A stretch of DNA of 49,446 nucleotides from Chlorobiota bacterium (GTDB taxonomy: Bacteria; Bacteroidota; Bacteroidia; JAADEI01). The notes beneath the pieces are model-generated. The model saw only the letters and a program-made list of their open reading frames with translations, was not told the origin of the DNA and made no database searches. Position numbers and translations under genes: made by a program. Each line of letters opens with the position of its first letter. Positions within the stretch are counted from its first letter, which is position 1. Positions 9,300-17,567 of this stretch are shown here, piece after piece. The stretch lies in the NCBI GenBank assembly GCA_013153515.1, contig JAADEI010000009.1, positions 1-49,446 of the forward strand, written 5' to 3'.

Positions 9300-10741
9300 G
9301 AGATTGGAAGCCCGTTATTGGACTTGAGATACATATCCAATTAAAGACACGAAGTAAGAATTTCTCGCCCGAGGGATATGAATATGGTGCTGAACCCAAC
9401 ACTTTAACGCATCCCGTGAGCCTTGCTTACCCGGGCACATTGCCTGTGGTAAACAAGAAAGTAGTGGAATATGCCACTTTGTTGGCACTGGCTCTGAATG
9501 CTGAAATAAGAAAAACTTTCCATTTCTCAAGGAAAAACTATTTCTATCCTGATTTGCCTAAGGGTTATCAGATAACTCAATATGACACACCGATTTGCGA
9601 AAATGGATATCTGCATTTCAAAATAGGCAAAACCTGGAAAAAAGTAAGAATCCTGAGAGTTCAAATTGAAGAAGACACGGGGAAAAGCATTCACGACATT
9701 GATCCCTTTTATACCTTACTGGATTTCAATCGGGCTGGCGTGCCACTGTTGGAACTGGTCACTGCTCCAGACATTAACTCTCCCGAGGAGGCACAGGCTT
9801 TTTTAGTGGCGGTTAGACAATTGGTTAGGCACCTTGGCATTAGTGATGGGAACATGGAGGAGGGTTCCTTGCGTTGCGACGCCAACATTTCACTTATCCC
9901 TCCTGGTGAGGACAAACCAGGCAACAGGGTTGAAGTTAAGAATCTTAACTCATTCCGATTTTTGAGGAAAGCCCTTGAATATGAGATTGAACGACAGAGA
10001 CAAATTTATGAATCTGGGGGAACCGTTGAACGAGAGACCCGTGGATTTGATGCGGTTAAAGGCGTTACGTTCCCTATGCGAACCAAAGAAGAATTGCATG
10101 ATTATAGGTATTTCCCGGAACCAGACATGCCGCCCTATGAACTATCGCAAGAACTCTTAGAAGGATTAAAACACAAGATGCCTCCTCTACCCTTCCAATT
10201 ATGGAAAAGATATACAGAGGAACTTAACCTTTCCGAAAAGGAGGCGGAGTTTCTGATTGAGGACCTTGATATTAGCCGATTTTTTGAGGAAGCTCTTAAA
10301 TCATATAATTCACCTAAAAGCATTTTGAAATGGTTGATGGGTCCTGTGCGAGCCTCCCTTAACCAAAACTCAATCTCCATTGAACAGTTTCCGCTGTCGC
10401 CACAAATAATAGCGAAGCTGGCTCAGATAGCCGATAAAGAGATTGTTCATTTCACAGTAGCCAGTCAAAAACTATTCCGGGAATTGTTAAAGGACCCTTC
10501 AAAGGACCCTGAAAAATTAATTAAAGAACTTTCCCTTGACCAAAAAGCCGACGACTCCTCCATTGAAGATGTGGTTAGAAGCGTCCTGCAAGCATTCCCT
10601 GAAAAAATAGAACAATACCACAAAGGTAAAACCGGGTTATTAGGTCTGTTCATTGGCGAATCAATGAAAAAACTGAAAGGCAAAGCTGATCCCAGAAAAG
10701 TCAAAGAAACGGTTCTGAAACTCTTAAATAAGGAACAATGA
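9293..10741 (+). CDS. gatB: Asp-tRNA(Asn)/Glu-tRNA(Gln) amidotransferase subunit B
   Basis: IGLEIH, RKNYFYPDLPKGYQITQ, NRAGVPLLE, GSLRCDANIS, EVKNLNS, YRYFPEPD, C-terminal YqeY-like domain. Confidence 0.97.
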   Translation: MVGDWKPVIGLEIHIQLKTRSKNFSPEGYEYGAEPNTLTHPVSLAYPGTLPVVNKKVVEYATLLALALNAEIRKTFHFSRKNYFYPDLPKGYQITQYDTPICENGYLHFKIGKTWKKVRILRVQIEEDTGKSIHDIDPFYTLLDFNRAGVPLLELVTAPDINSPEEAQAFLVAVRQLVRHLGISDGNMEEGSLRCDANISLIPPGEDKPGNRVEVKNLNSFRFLRKALEYEIERQRQIYESGGTVERETRGFDAVKGVTFPMRTKEELHDYRYFPEPDMPPYELSQELLEGLKHKMPPLPFQLWKRYTEELNLSEKEAEFLIEDLDISRFFEEALKSYNSPKSILKWLMGPVRASLNQNSISIEQFPLSPQIIAKLAQIADKEIVHFTVASQKLFRELLKDPSKDPEKLIKELSLDQKADDSSIEDVVRSVLQAFPEKIEQYHKGKTGLLGLFIGESMKKLKGKADPRKVKETVLKLLNKEQ

Positions 10742-11871
10742 AGGCACGGAGAGTACTCACCCTTCTTTATCTCACGGCAATATACGTGTTAACACTATCA
10801 TACAGTTGTCAGTCTAAAAAAGAGGAAACGGCGGGGAAAGAAATTCCAGAGACAGTAGTAACAGGACAAATAATGGGCTTAGACAAGGCATTAGTGATTT
10901 TGCAGGAGTTTGAATACCCAAGGAGCAGATTGCTTGACACTGTCCGCACCGATGAGACCGGACACTTCACATTTAGAATACACATAGATAGTCCCATCAT
11001 TGCTTTTGTTAGAGCTTCCCGAGGATTCCTCCCTATTTACTTGGAGCCCGGTGATTCAGTTACCGTCTATGGACGCTTTGATAACTGGTCATATTACAAG
11101 GCAGTGGGTAATAGGGGTAGTGAACTATTATACAGGCAAATTGGTTTATTGTCCGCCACCGCAGAGGAATACTTTGGCACCTCAAATCTGTTCGGTCTAT
11201 CGCTATTGCTTAAAAGGAAACCTATAGAGGACCCAAACGTACAAGCCTACTATAAGCAATTGTTCCAATTTATGGACACAACCAACCACCCTGTGGCGAT
11301 GTGGTTCCTGTTTTTTGTTGACACGGACCGCTTCACCGACTCAGTGAGGAAATACGCCCAAAAGTTTAAAACTAAATATGGGGACCATCCACTATACCGA
11401 GAAGTTCGCAAGATGATAACTGATAAACTCAGGACGGCACCGGGCAGTGAAGCTCCTGATTTCGCCGCTCCCAACCCAAATGGTAAAATAATTAGGCTTT
11501 CTGAATTAAGAGGGAATGTTGTGTTATTGCAATTCTGGGCTAGCTGGTGCAGACCCTGCCGAATGAACAATCCCAAATTGGTTGCACTATACGACCAATA
11601 TCACGACAAAGGTTTTGAGATATTTAGTTTTTCCTTGGACACGGACAGAGGGAAATGGGTTCAAGCCATCAAAGCAGACAATCTCAAATGGCAATATCAC
11701 GCCAGCGACCTAAAAGGCTGGAAATCTCCCATCGCACAACTATACAAAATAAATCACACACCCACTTATATACTTATTTCGCCTACAGGACACATAATTG
11801 CTTATGACATTCATCCAAATTTGCTTGAGCAGGAAGTGGCTAAGGCAATGCAGGAATATGGACAGAAATAG
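10738..11871 (+). CDS. TlpA/AhpC-TSA thiol-disulfide oxidoreductase lipoprotein with DUF4369-like N-terminal region
   Basis: Lipobox SYSC, APDF, FWASWCRPCR (CxxC). ATGA overlap with the gatB stop. Confidence 0.88.
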   Translation: MKARRVLTLLYLTAIYVLTLSYSCQSKKEETAGKEIPETVVTGQIMGLDKALVILQEFEYPRSRLLDTVRTDETGHFTFRIHIDSPIIAFVRASRGFLPIYLEPGDSVTVYGRFDNWSYYKAVGNRGSELLYRQIGLLSATAEEYFGTSNLFGLSLLLKRKPIEDPNVQAYYKQLFQFMDTTNHPVAMWFLFFVDTDRFTDSVRKYAQKFKTKYGDHPLYREVRKMITDKLRTAPGSEAPDFAAPNPNGKIIRLSELRGNVVLLQFWASWCRPCRMNNPKLVALYDQYHDKGFEIFSFSLDTDRGKWVQAIKADNLKWQYHASDLKGWKSPIAQLYKINHTPTYILISPTGHIIAYDIHPNLLEQEVAKAMQEYGQK

Positions 11872-11879
11872 GTCGCTTT

Positions 11880-12320
11880 ATGAGATGTGTTATCCAGAGA
11901 GTTTCGGAAGCTGTTGTCTCCGTGGACGGCAGGGAGGTGAGTCGGATAGGCAAAGGATTATTAGTTCTTGTTGGTTTCAAAGCAGACGACTCACATGATC
12001 AAATCAAATGGATGGCGAAAAAAATCTCTGTCCTCCGTGTTTTTAATGACCCAGATGGCAAAATGAATCTATCTGTTGAGGACATAGATGGCGAGATCCT
12101 TGTAGTAAGCCAATTTACGCTATATGGCGAGTTAAAGAAGGGAACGCGTCCCTCCTATAGCAAGGCTGCCCCTCCCAATGTCGCTGAAAAATTATACTAC
12201 GACTTCATAAATGCGTTGGAGGAAAGTACTAAGTGCCCCGTTAAGACAGGCATTTTCAGAGCATATATGCAGGTGAGCCTCATCAATGATGGTCCGGTTA
12301 CTATCATTTTAGAACGTTGA
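11880..12320 (+). CDS. dtd: D-aminoacyl-tRNA deacylase
   Basis: MRCVIQRV, SQFTL, NDGPVT signature motifs. Confidence 0.96.
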   Translation: MRCVIQRVSEAVVSVDGREVSRIGKGLLVLVGFKADDSHDQIKWMAKKISVLRVFNDPDGKMNLSVEDIDGEILVVSQFTLYGELKKGTRPSYSKAAPPNVAEKLYYDFINALEESTKCPVKTGIFRAYMQVSLINDGPVTIILER

Positions 12321-12326
12321 TGCTTA

Positions 12327-13748
12327 TCAACCATTAAGGTTCACATCTAATAGCCACATAGCAACGGTGAAATAGATAGCCACTCCCGTTACGTCAACCA
12401 ATGTAGCCAAGAATGGGCTAGATGCTAATGCCGGGTCCTTGCCCAAAGCATGAATAATCAATGGAATAAGTGAACCCATTAGAGTAGCAAACACTATCTG
12501 CACAGATAGAGATATTCCTACAACCCACGCAATCTTAATCAGTTCAAAGCCCGGGCCCAATTGTGAAGGGTCAACAACCAGAAACACTTCAACCATACCG
12601 AGCAAGCCAAGGGTGAGCCCGAGGATTATTCCCACCCTTGCTTCATTCCACACAATTCGGAGCCAATCCGAGACGGATACCTGTCCCAAAGCCAGTGCCC
12701 TTATGATTTGAGCTGCTGCCTGAGAGCCTGAGTTCCCACCCATACCAGTAACGAGGGGCAGGAAGAAGGCAAGTACCGCCACTTTGGAAATTAGTCCCTC
12801 AAAGAATTGTATCACAGTAGCTGTTCCCATAGCCATCAGTGCGAGGATAACAAGCCACACAACACGCCTCCTATAATGATCCCAGATGGAAAGTTCTTTA
12901 TATTCAAAAGTTTCCTCAGGAACAATACCCATCATCTTTTCTAAATCTTCTGTTTGTTCCTCACGCAACACATCCATTGCTTCATCGTAGGTAACTATCC
13001 CGACCAGTTGCCCTAAATCATTCACCACCGGGATGGCTATCAATTCATATTTCTCAATTTTATTAACCACATCTTCCCGGTCCTCATTAACGTGAGCATA
13101 CACGAAGTCTTTCAACATTAGGTCATCAATCTTCTGGTCCGGTTCCGCAAGCACTAACTTCCTAAGAGTTAATACCCCCTTTAACTTTTGGTCATCATCA
13201 ACAACATAAGTATAGTAAATCATTTTTCGTGGGGCATCCCTACGCACCTTCTCAAGAGCTTCTTTGGCTGTCATGCCTTCATATAGAGTGGCGAAGTCAG
13301 TGCTCATTATCCCGCCTGCCGTATCTTCTGGATAAGCACTGAGTTTAATAACCTCTTCGCGAACTGGCTTAGGCAGATAAGGTAATAAGAGGGATTGCTC
13401 TTCCGGGGAGAGGTCCTTAAAGAAGTCCACTCGTTCCGCCGAATCGGCTAACTCAAAGATCTCAGCAAATTTTCTTGGTCCCAGATGTGTAAGTAGCTTT
13501 TTCTGAAACTCTCTGTCTAACTCATTAAAAATGAGAGCTTGTTGCTCAAGGGAAAATTTTTCAAAGAAATCAAAGAAAAGATGTTCGGGAAGGTTCTGTA
13601 AAATCTCTGCTACTTCAACAGGAGGCTTTTGTTGAAGAACACTACCCCACTTGCTCCAATCTGGGTCAGCCTTGATTTCCTCAATGAGCCGTTCCAACTC
13701 CTCCTCCCTTTCCCCCTCTTCCATCAACGTTACCTTTGCCTCCTGCAC
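12327..13748 (-). CDS. mgtE: Magnesium transporter MgtE
   Basis: N-domain, CBS pair (TAGGIM), GMGGNSGSQ, DPALAS.P..TLVD transmembrane motifs. Confidence 0.95.
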   Translation of the reverse strand: MQEAKVTLMEEGEREEELERLIEEIKADPDWSKWGSVLQQKPPVEVAEILQNLPEHLFFDFFEKFSLEQQALIFNELDREFQKKLLTHLGPRKFAEIFELADSAERVDFFKDLSPEEQSLLLPYLPKPVREEVIKLSAYPEDTAGGIMSTDFATLYEGMTAKEALEKVRRDAPRKMIYYTYVVDDDQKLKGVLTLRKLVLAEPDQKIDDLMLKDFVYAHVNEDREDVVNKIEKYELIAIPVVNDLGQLVGIVTYDEAMDVLREEQTEDLEKMMGIVPEETFEYKELSIWDHYRRRVVWLVILALMAMGTATVIQFFEGLISKVAVLAFFLPLVTGMGGNSGSQAAAQIIRALALGQVSVSDWLRIVWNEARVGIILGLTLGLLGMVEVFLVVDPSQLGPGFELIKIAWVVGISLSVQIVFATLMGSLIPLIIHALGKDPALASSPFLATLVDVTGVAIYFTVAMWLLDVNLNG

Positions 13749-13753
13749 AACTA

Positions 13754-13761
13754 CAAACTTA
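13754..13761 (-). promoter_or_regulatory. -7 promoter element TAAGTTTG for mgtE
   Basis: Matches TAnnTTTG; 5 nt upstream of GTG 13748. Confidence 0.65.
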
Positions 13762-13855
13762 CTGTGGATTTAACTGTTAAAAACAACGTTAGGTTTCATT
13801 AAATTGATTTGCTTTAATTTTATACGGCTGTTAAACACCTAAAAACCAAAGTGCC

Positions 13856-14047
13856 ATGTGTAACGTAGGAGGCATAGACAGATGGTTGAGGATAATTCTC
13901 GGATTGATCTTAATTGGTGTTGGATACTATTTAGAAAAGAATTGGATCGTAATTGGGATTGGAGTCATTTTACTGCTTACTGGAATTATCAAATTTTGCT
14001 TGATTTACAAGATTTTAGGGATATCTACTTGCCCAAATAAGAGCTAA
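13856..14047 (+). CDS. DUF2892/YgaP-like small membrane protein
   Basis: NVG.IDR.LRIILG, two hydrophobic helices, FC..Y.ILGISTC. Confidence 0.88.
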   Translation: MCNVGGIDRWLRIILGLILIGVGYYLEKNWIVIGIGVILLLTGIIKFCLIYKILGISTCPNKS

Positions 14048-14060
14048 CGTTTCCTTGCTT

Positions 14061-14092
14061 TTTGGTAGGTGAATAACTTTCCGCTATCTTTG
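14061..14092 (+). promoter_or_regulatory. Full Bacteroidota housekeeping promoter TTTG-N20-TATCTTTG
   Basis: -33 TTTG at 14061-14064, 20-bp spacer, -7 box at 14085-14092, then an A-rich leader to ATG 14113. Confidence 0.75.
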
Positions 14093-14112
14093 TAATAAAC
14101 TTACAGCTAAAC

Positions 14113-16023
14113 ATGAGGTCTTTTTTCTTTCTTGTGGGGGGAATCGTTCTATATTCAACTGTTCTGTTTGCTCAACAAGATGGTAATAGAGGGTGCGGAA
14201 CAATCCTACCACCTCCTTTCATTGATTTCCTCAAAGAAAAACCCTATAAACACCTAAGAAACTTTGATTTAACAACAACATATTGGGTTCCAACAACCGT
14301 ACACATAATCTGTAAAGATGATTCCTCTGGCTGCTATCCATTAATTCCTTTCTTTCAGAATATGTGTGAAGCTCAAGCTTCTTTTCAACCTGCAAATATC
14401 CAATTCTTCTTCCCCAATTTTTTTCAAGATATTAAATATCACTATTCTACTGATGCATGGTCCAACAATAACAATGCCTTAGGGACCCTAATTGATAATG
14501 CTATGGTTCCAGAAAGGATGGACATGTTTATAATGGGTAATGGAGATGCTTGCGGCGTTACGGTTTGCGGTTGTGTTAACTGTTGTGTCTTTGATGCCAT
14601 AACCTTGAATCCTGCGTGTGTGGGACCCAATAACACCACTATTCAGCATGAGGTGGGACACTGGCTTGGGCTCCCCCATCCTTTTGATGAAGGGTTCTCT
14701 GGATGTAGAGAGTGTGTTGACCGTTCCAATTGTGAGGTTTGTGGTGATATGTTTTGCGATACAGAAGCCGACTATTTGAACTACCGATGGCAATGCCCTT
14801 ACACAGGCAACATGACTGAACCCACCAATTGCCCTGCCCCAATAGAAACGATAAACCCGGACCCCACTCTCTACATGTCCTATGCCTCAGACCACTGCAC
14901 AAACAGATTCACCGGAGAACAGATTCTCCACATGAGAGCACTCATCCAAACCGGACTTAACTCCTCTCAATATGGGAATTGGTATAGCAGAACATGGATT
15001 CAAAACTATTCACCCTCTATCTCAGACACTATCATTTGGAATGATACAGTTCTTTACAGTGGCAATACACGCCACATTGCTACTTCAGGACATATGTTAG
15101 TTTGGCGAAAAGTAAAAAATGCTTCTCATTACTTGGTAGAGGCAATCGGTTCAAGCTTTATCAGGGATTGGATCGTGGCTGATACTATCACTTTCATTCC
15201 TCAGCTGCCCGCCAATGACATAGTTACCATTTATGTCAAACCACTTAACTCCGCATATTTCTGCAGTCCTGCAAAACAATTTCAGGTAAGAACATCATTT
15301 ATGGGAATAAGGTTTTCAATAGACACACCCCGATGCAGTGGGAAAGCCACGATCAATTTCACTGTACTGAATGATACCTCTAAGGGTCAATTGATGATTT
15401 CCAATATTGCTACGCAAAACTTTAGCATTTTAAAACCTATAGAGGTTGATTCGGAAGGTTTCCATAAATTCTGGATTTTCAATGTTTATGCAGACAGCGT
15501 GTTCGCATGGGTTTACGTACCACACATCAGCACCAAAGTGGAAATAACCAATATCCAAGACCAGAACGACTCCCTAAAAGCAAACATTGCTCTTTTGCCG
15601 GCAGATTCTAATGAACAAATAACCTACACATGGATACTGCCTTCCGGCAAAGAAATATCCAGTTCAGATGCATTAGCAATACCAAAAACTGAATCAGGAA
15701 CATACACACTAATTGTAACAACATCAGAAGGATGCTCAGACACCCTACAAAGCTTTTACCAACTGCCTGCAAACTCAAGTCCACCCAGAGCATGGGTTAA
15801 ACAATCGGAGGATGGTCAATTGGAGCTCATTATAAAAGGTTCAGAATCCTTCTCTTTTGAAGCAAAAATCTTCTCTAACGACGGAAAACTGGTATATCAA
15901 TTTTCAGGGACATACCCCGAAAACAACACAATGGCTTTACCCCACTTAGCACCGGGAGTATATACCTTAAGCTTCACGTCCACAAACAAGCCTGAATTTA
16001 GAAGTAAATTTATAGTAAAGTAA
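14113..16023 (+). CDS. Secreted M43 (pappalysin/ulilysin-like) zinc metalloprotease with T9SS type A sorting domain
   Basis: Signal peptide, RGCG cysteine switch, HEVGHWLGLPH, Met-turn YMSY, C-terminal IFSNDGKLV..LAPGVY..KFIVK. Confidence 0.85.
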   Translation: MRSFFFLVGGIVLYSTVLFAQQDGNRGCGTILPPPFIDFLKEKPYKHLRNFDLTTTYWVPTTVHIICKDDSSGCYPLIPFFQNMCEAQASFQPANIQFFFPNFFQDIKYHYSTDAWSNNNNALGTLIDNAMVPERMDMFIMGNGDACGVTVCGCVNCCVFDAITLNPACVGPNNTTIQHEVGHWLGLPHPFDEGFSGCRECVDRSNCEVCGDMFCDTEADYLNYRWQCPYTGNMTEPTNCPAPIETINPDPTLYMSYASDHCTNRFTGEQILHMRALIQTGLNSSQYGNWYSRTWIQNYSPSISDTIIWNDTVLYSGNTRHIATSGHMLVWRKVKNASHYLVEAIGSSFIRDWIVADTITFIPQLPANDIVTIYVKPLNSAYFCSPAKQFQVRTSFMGIRFSIDTPRCSGKATINFTVLNDTSKGQLMISNIATQNFSILKPIEVDSEGFHKFWIFNVYADSVFAWVYVPHISTKVEITNIQDQNDSLKANIALLPADSNEQITYTWILPSGKEISSSDALAIPKTESGTYTLIVTTSEGCSDTLQSFYQLPANSSPPRAWVKQSEDGQLELIIKGSESFSFEAKIFSNDGKLVYQFSGTYPENNTMALPHLAPGVYTLSFTSTNKPEFRSKFIVK

Positions 16024-16064
16024 TGTAACACACACACCGTCCCAAACCCACACAAATACTAATT

Positions 16065-16080
16065 TGGCACATGTTTTGCA
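16065..16080 (+). promoter_or_regulatory. Sigma54 (-24/-12) promoter TGGCAC-ATGTT-TTGCA
   Basis: Exact match to TGGCAC-N5-TTGCW, intergenic, 75 nt upstream of the revised start. Confidence 0.7.
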
Positions 16081-16123
16081 TTGCCTATGACCCGAACATA
16101 GAAAATAATAATGCGATGAGACC

Positions 16124-16131
16124 TATCTTTG
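16124..16131 (+). promoter_or_regulatory. -7 promoter element TATCTTTG upstream of the propeller gene
   Basis: Matches TAnnTTTG; followed by an A-rich leader to ATG 16155. Confidence 0.55.
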
Positions 16132-16154
16132 TTAAAAAAGGAAAATATCCTTTG

Positions 16155-17567
16155 ATGAAAGTGATGAAAGCGATAGTAAGTGTTATTTGCGTGGTTGCCA
16201 TTACGATTAGTGCCATGGGTCAAACCAAGGGTCGTCGTCCTAAAGCTAAACGAATCAATTCACAATTTTCCATAAAAATTGAAGGATATGATGCTTTCGT
16301 AAACAAATTAATTGCCACGAGGGATGGCGGAGCCCTACTCTTAGGCTACATCCAGAAGGAAGGCGGTCAACAAAAAGCAATAGCGATCAAAACCCTTGGG
16401 AACGGTCGGATTCTTTGGGCGAAAGAAATTAGCACTGGCGGGAATGCCCAATTGTGGGATGCCGGCTTGACCAGAGAGGGCTATCTTCTCTGCGGATTCA
16501 CTCAATCAGGTAACAACTCAGATGCTCTGCTTGTCCTGCTTGATTTCCGAGGAAATCCCAGATGGGTCAAAACAATTGGATCTTCTGCCGACGAAAAGAT
16601 TTTTGATATGTTCATTACCCGAACTCTTGATTTTATATTGCTTGGCATGACGAGCAGTGGCGTTGGGAAAGGAGACGTCTTAGCCATCAAAATCAATTCC
16701 AAAGGCGAACTACAATGGGCTAAGGCATTGGGCTCAACAGAACTGGATATAGCATATAATGGAGTTCAATTGCCAGACAGAGGATTCTTGTTTGCAGGAT
16801 ATACACGCAGCTTTACAGACAACGGCAATTGGGACGTGATGCTTCTCAAAACAGATCCGAACGGCTTGGTTGAATGGATTCAAACGTTTGGCACCGACAA
16901 AAATGAAACAGCAAGATCCATTGCTTTAACGAAAGATGGAGAGATAATTCTTTCTGGATTCACCCTCGGAGGAGGACACGGTTTCTGGGATGGATTCCTT
17001 GCAGTGACAGATCTTAATGGCAATTTGAAATGGGCAAAAAGTATAGGAACTTCCGGAGATGATAGGCTTTACGACGTAACTCTAACATCTTCGGGAGAAA
17101 TAGCACTTGCGGGACAAATGAGTGGCTTGAGCCCCATCGGATCAGCATCCCTACTTTTGATGGACAGGCAAGGCAACTTGGAATGGGCTAATGTGTATGC
17201 CGGTAACTCATTCCTTGGCGTCGGGACATATAAAGACAGTGCCCTCACCGGAGCAGGAGATGTCTATTCAACCGGACGAACCTACACACTATGGGCTCGG
17301 GTTCCTTACAAAGGCAAACTTAAGTGTCAAAACGATTCCATTCAGCCATCAGTAAAAGACCTAAACTTCAATTCCTTGCTTGGGCTCTTTGAAGCCACAC
17401 CTCTAACCCTCACAGAACGTCCATTGTCTGTCCAACCAGAAGACCTCACTGTCAAGATAGAAGACCTATGTGCCGAAAAATCTAAAACAGGCAAAAAAAC
17501 CAAAACAAGAACTTCATCGCAACGCGGAACTACCGATAAGAAAACCACCGTTCCAGTTAAAAAGTAA
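16155..17567 (+). CDS. Exported beta-propeller-type repeat protein with basic termini
   Basis: Signal peptide MK(VMK)AIVSVICVVAITISAMG; about 7 repeats of ~50 aa ending D..G...W.K..G. ORF-track start 16071 lies inside the sigma54 box, so ATG 16155 (or 16164) is preferred. Confidence 0.75.
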   Translation: MKVMKAIVSVICVVAITISAMGQTKGRRPKAKRINSQFSIKIEGYDAFVNKLIATRDGGALLLGYIQKEGGQQKAIAIKTLGNGRILWAKEISTGGNAQLWDAGLTREGYLLCGFTQSGNNSDALLVLLDFRGNPRWVKTIGSSADEKIFDMFITRTLDFILLGMTSSGVGKGDVLAIKINSKGELQWAKALGSTELDIAYNGVQLPDRGFLFAGYTRSFTDNGNWDVMLLKTDPNGLVEWIQTFGTDKNETARSIALTKDGEIILSGFTLGGGHGFWDGFLAVTDLNGNLKWAKSIGTSGDDRLYDVTLTSSGEIALAGQMSGLSPIGSASLLLMDRQGNLEWANVYAGNSFLGVGTYKDSALTGAGDVYSTGRTYTLWARVPYKGKLKCQNDSIQPSVKDLNFNSLLGLFEATPLTLTERPLSVQPEDLTVKIEDLCAEKSKTGKKTKTRTSSQRGTTDKKTTVPVKK

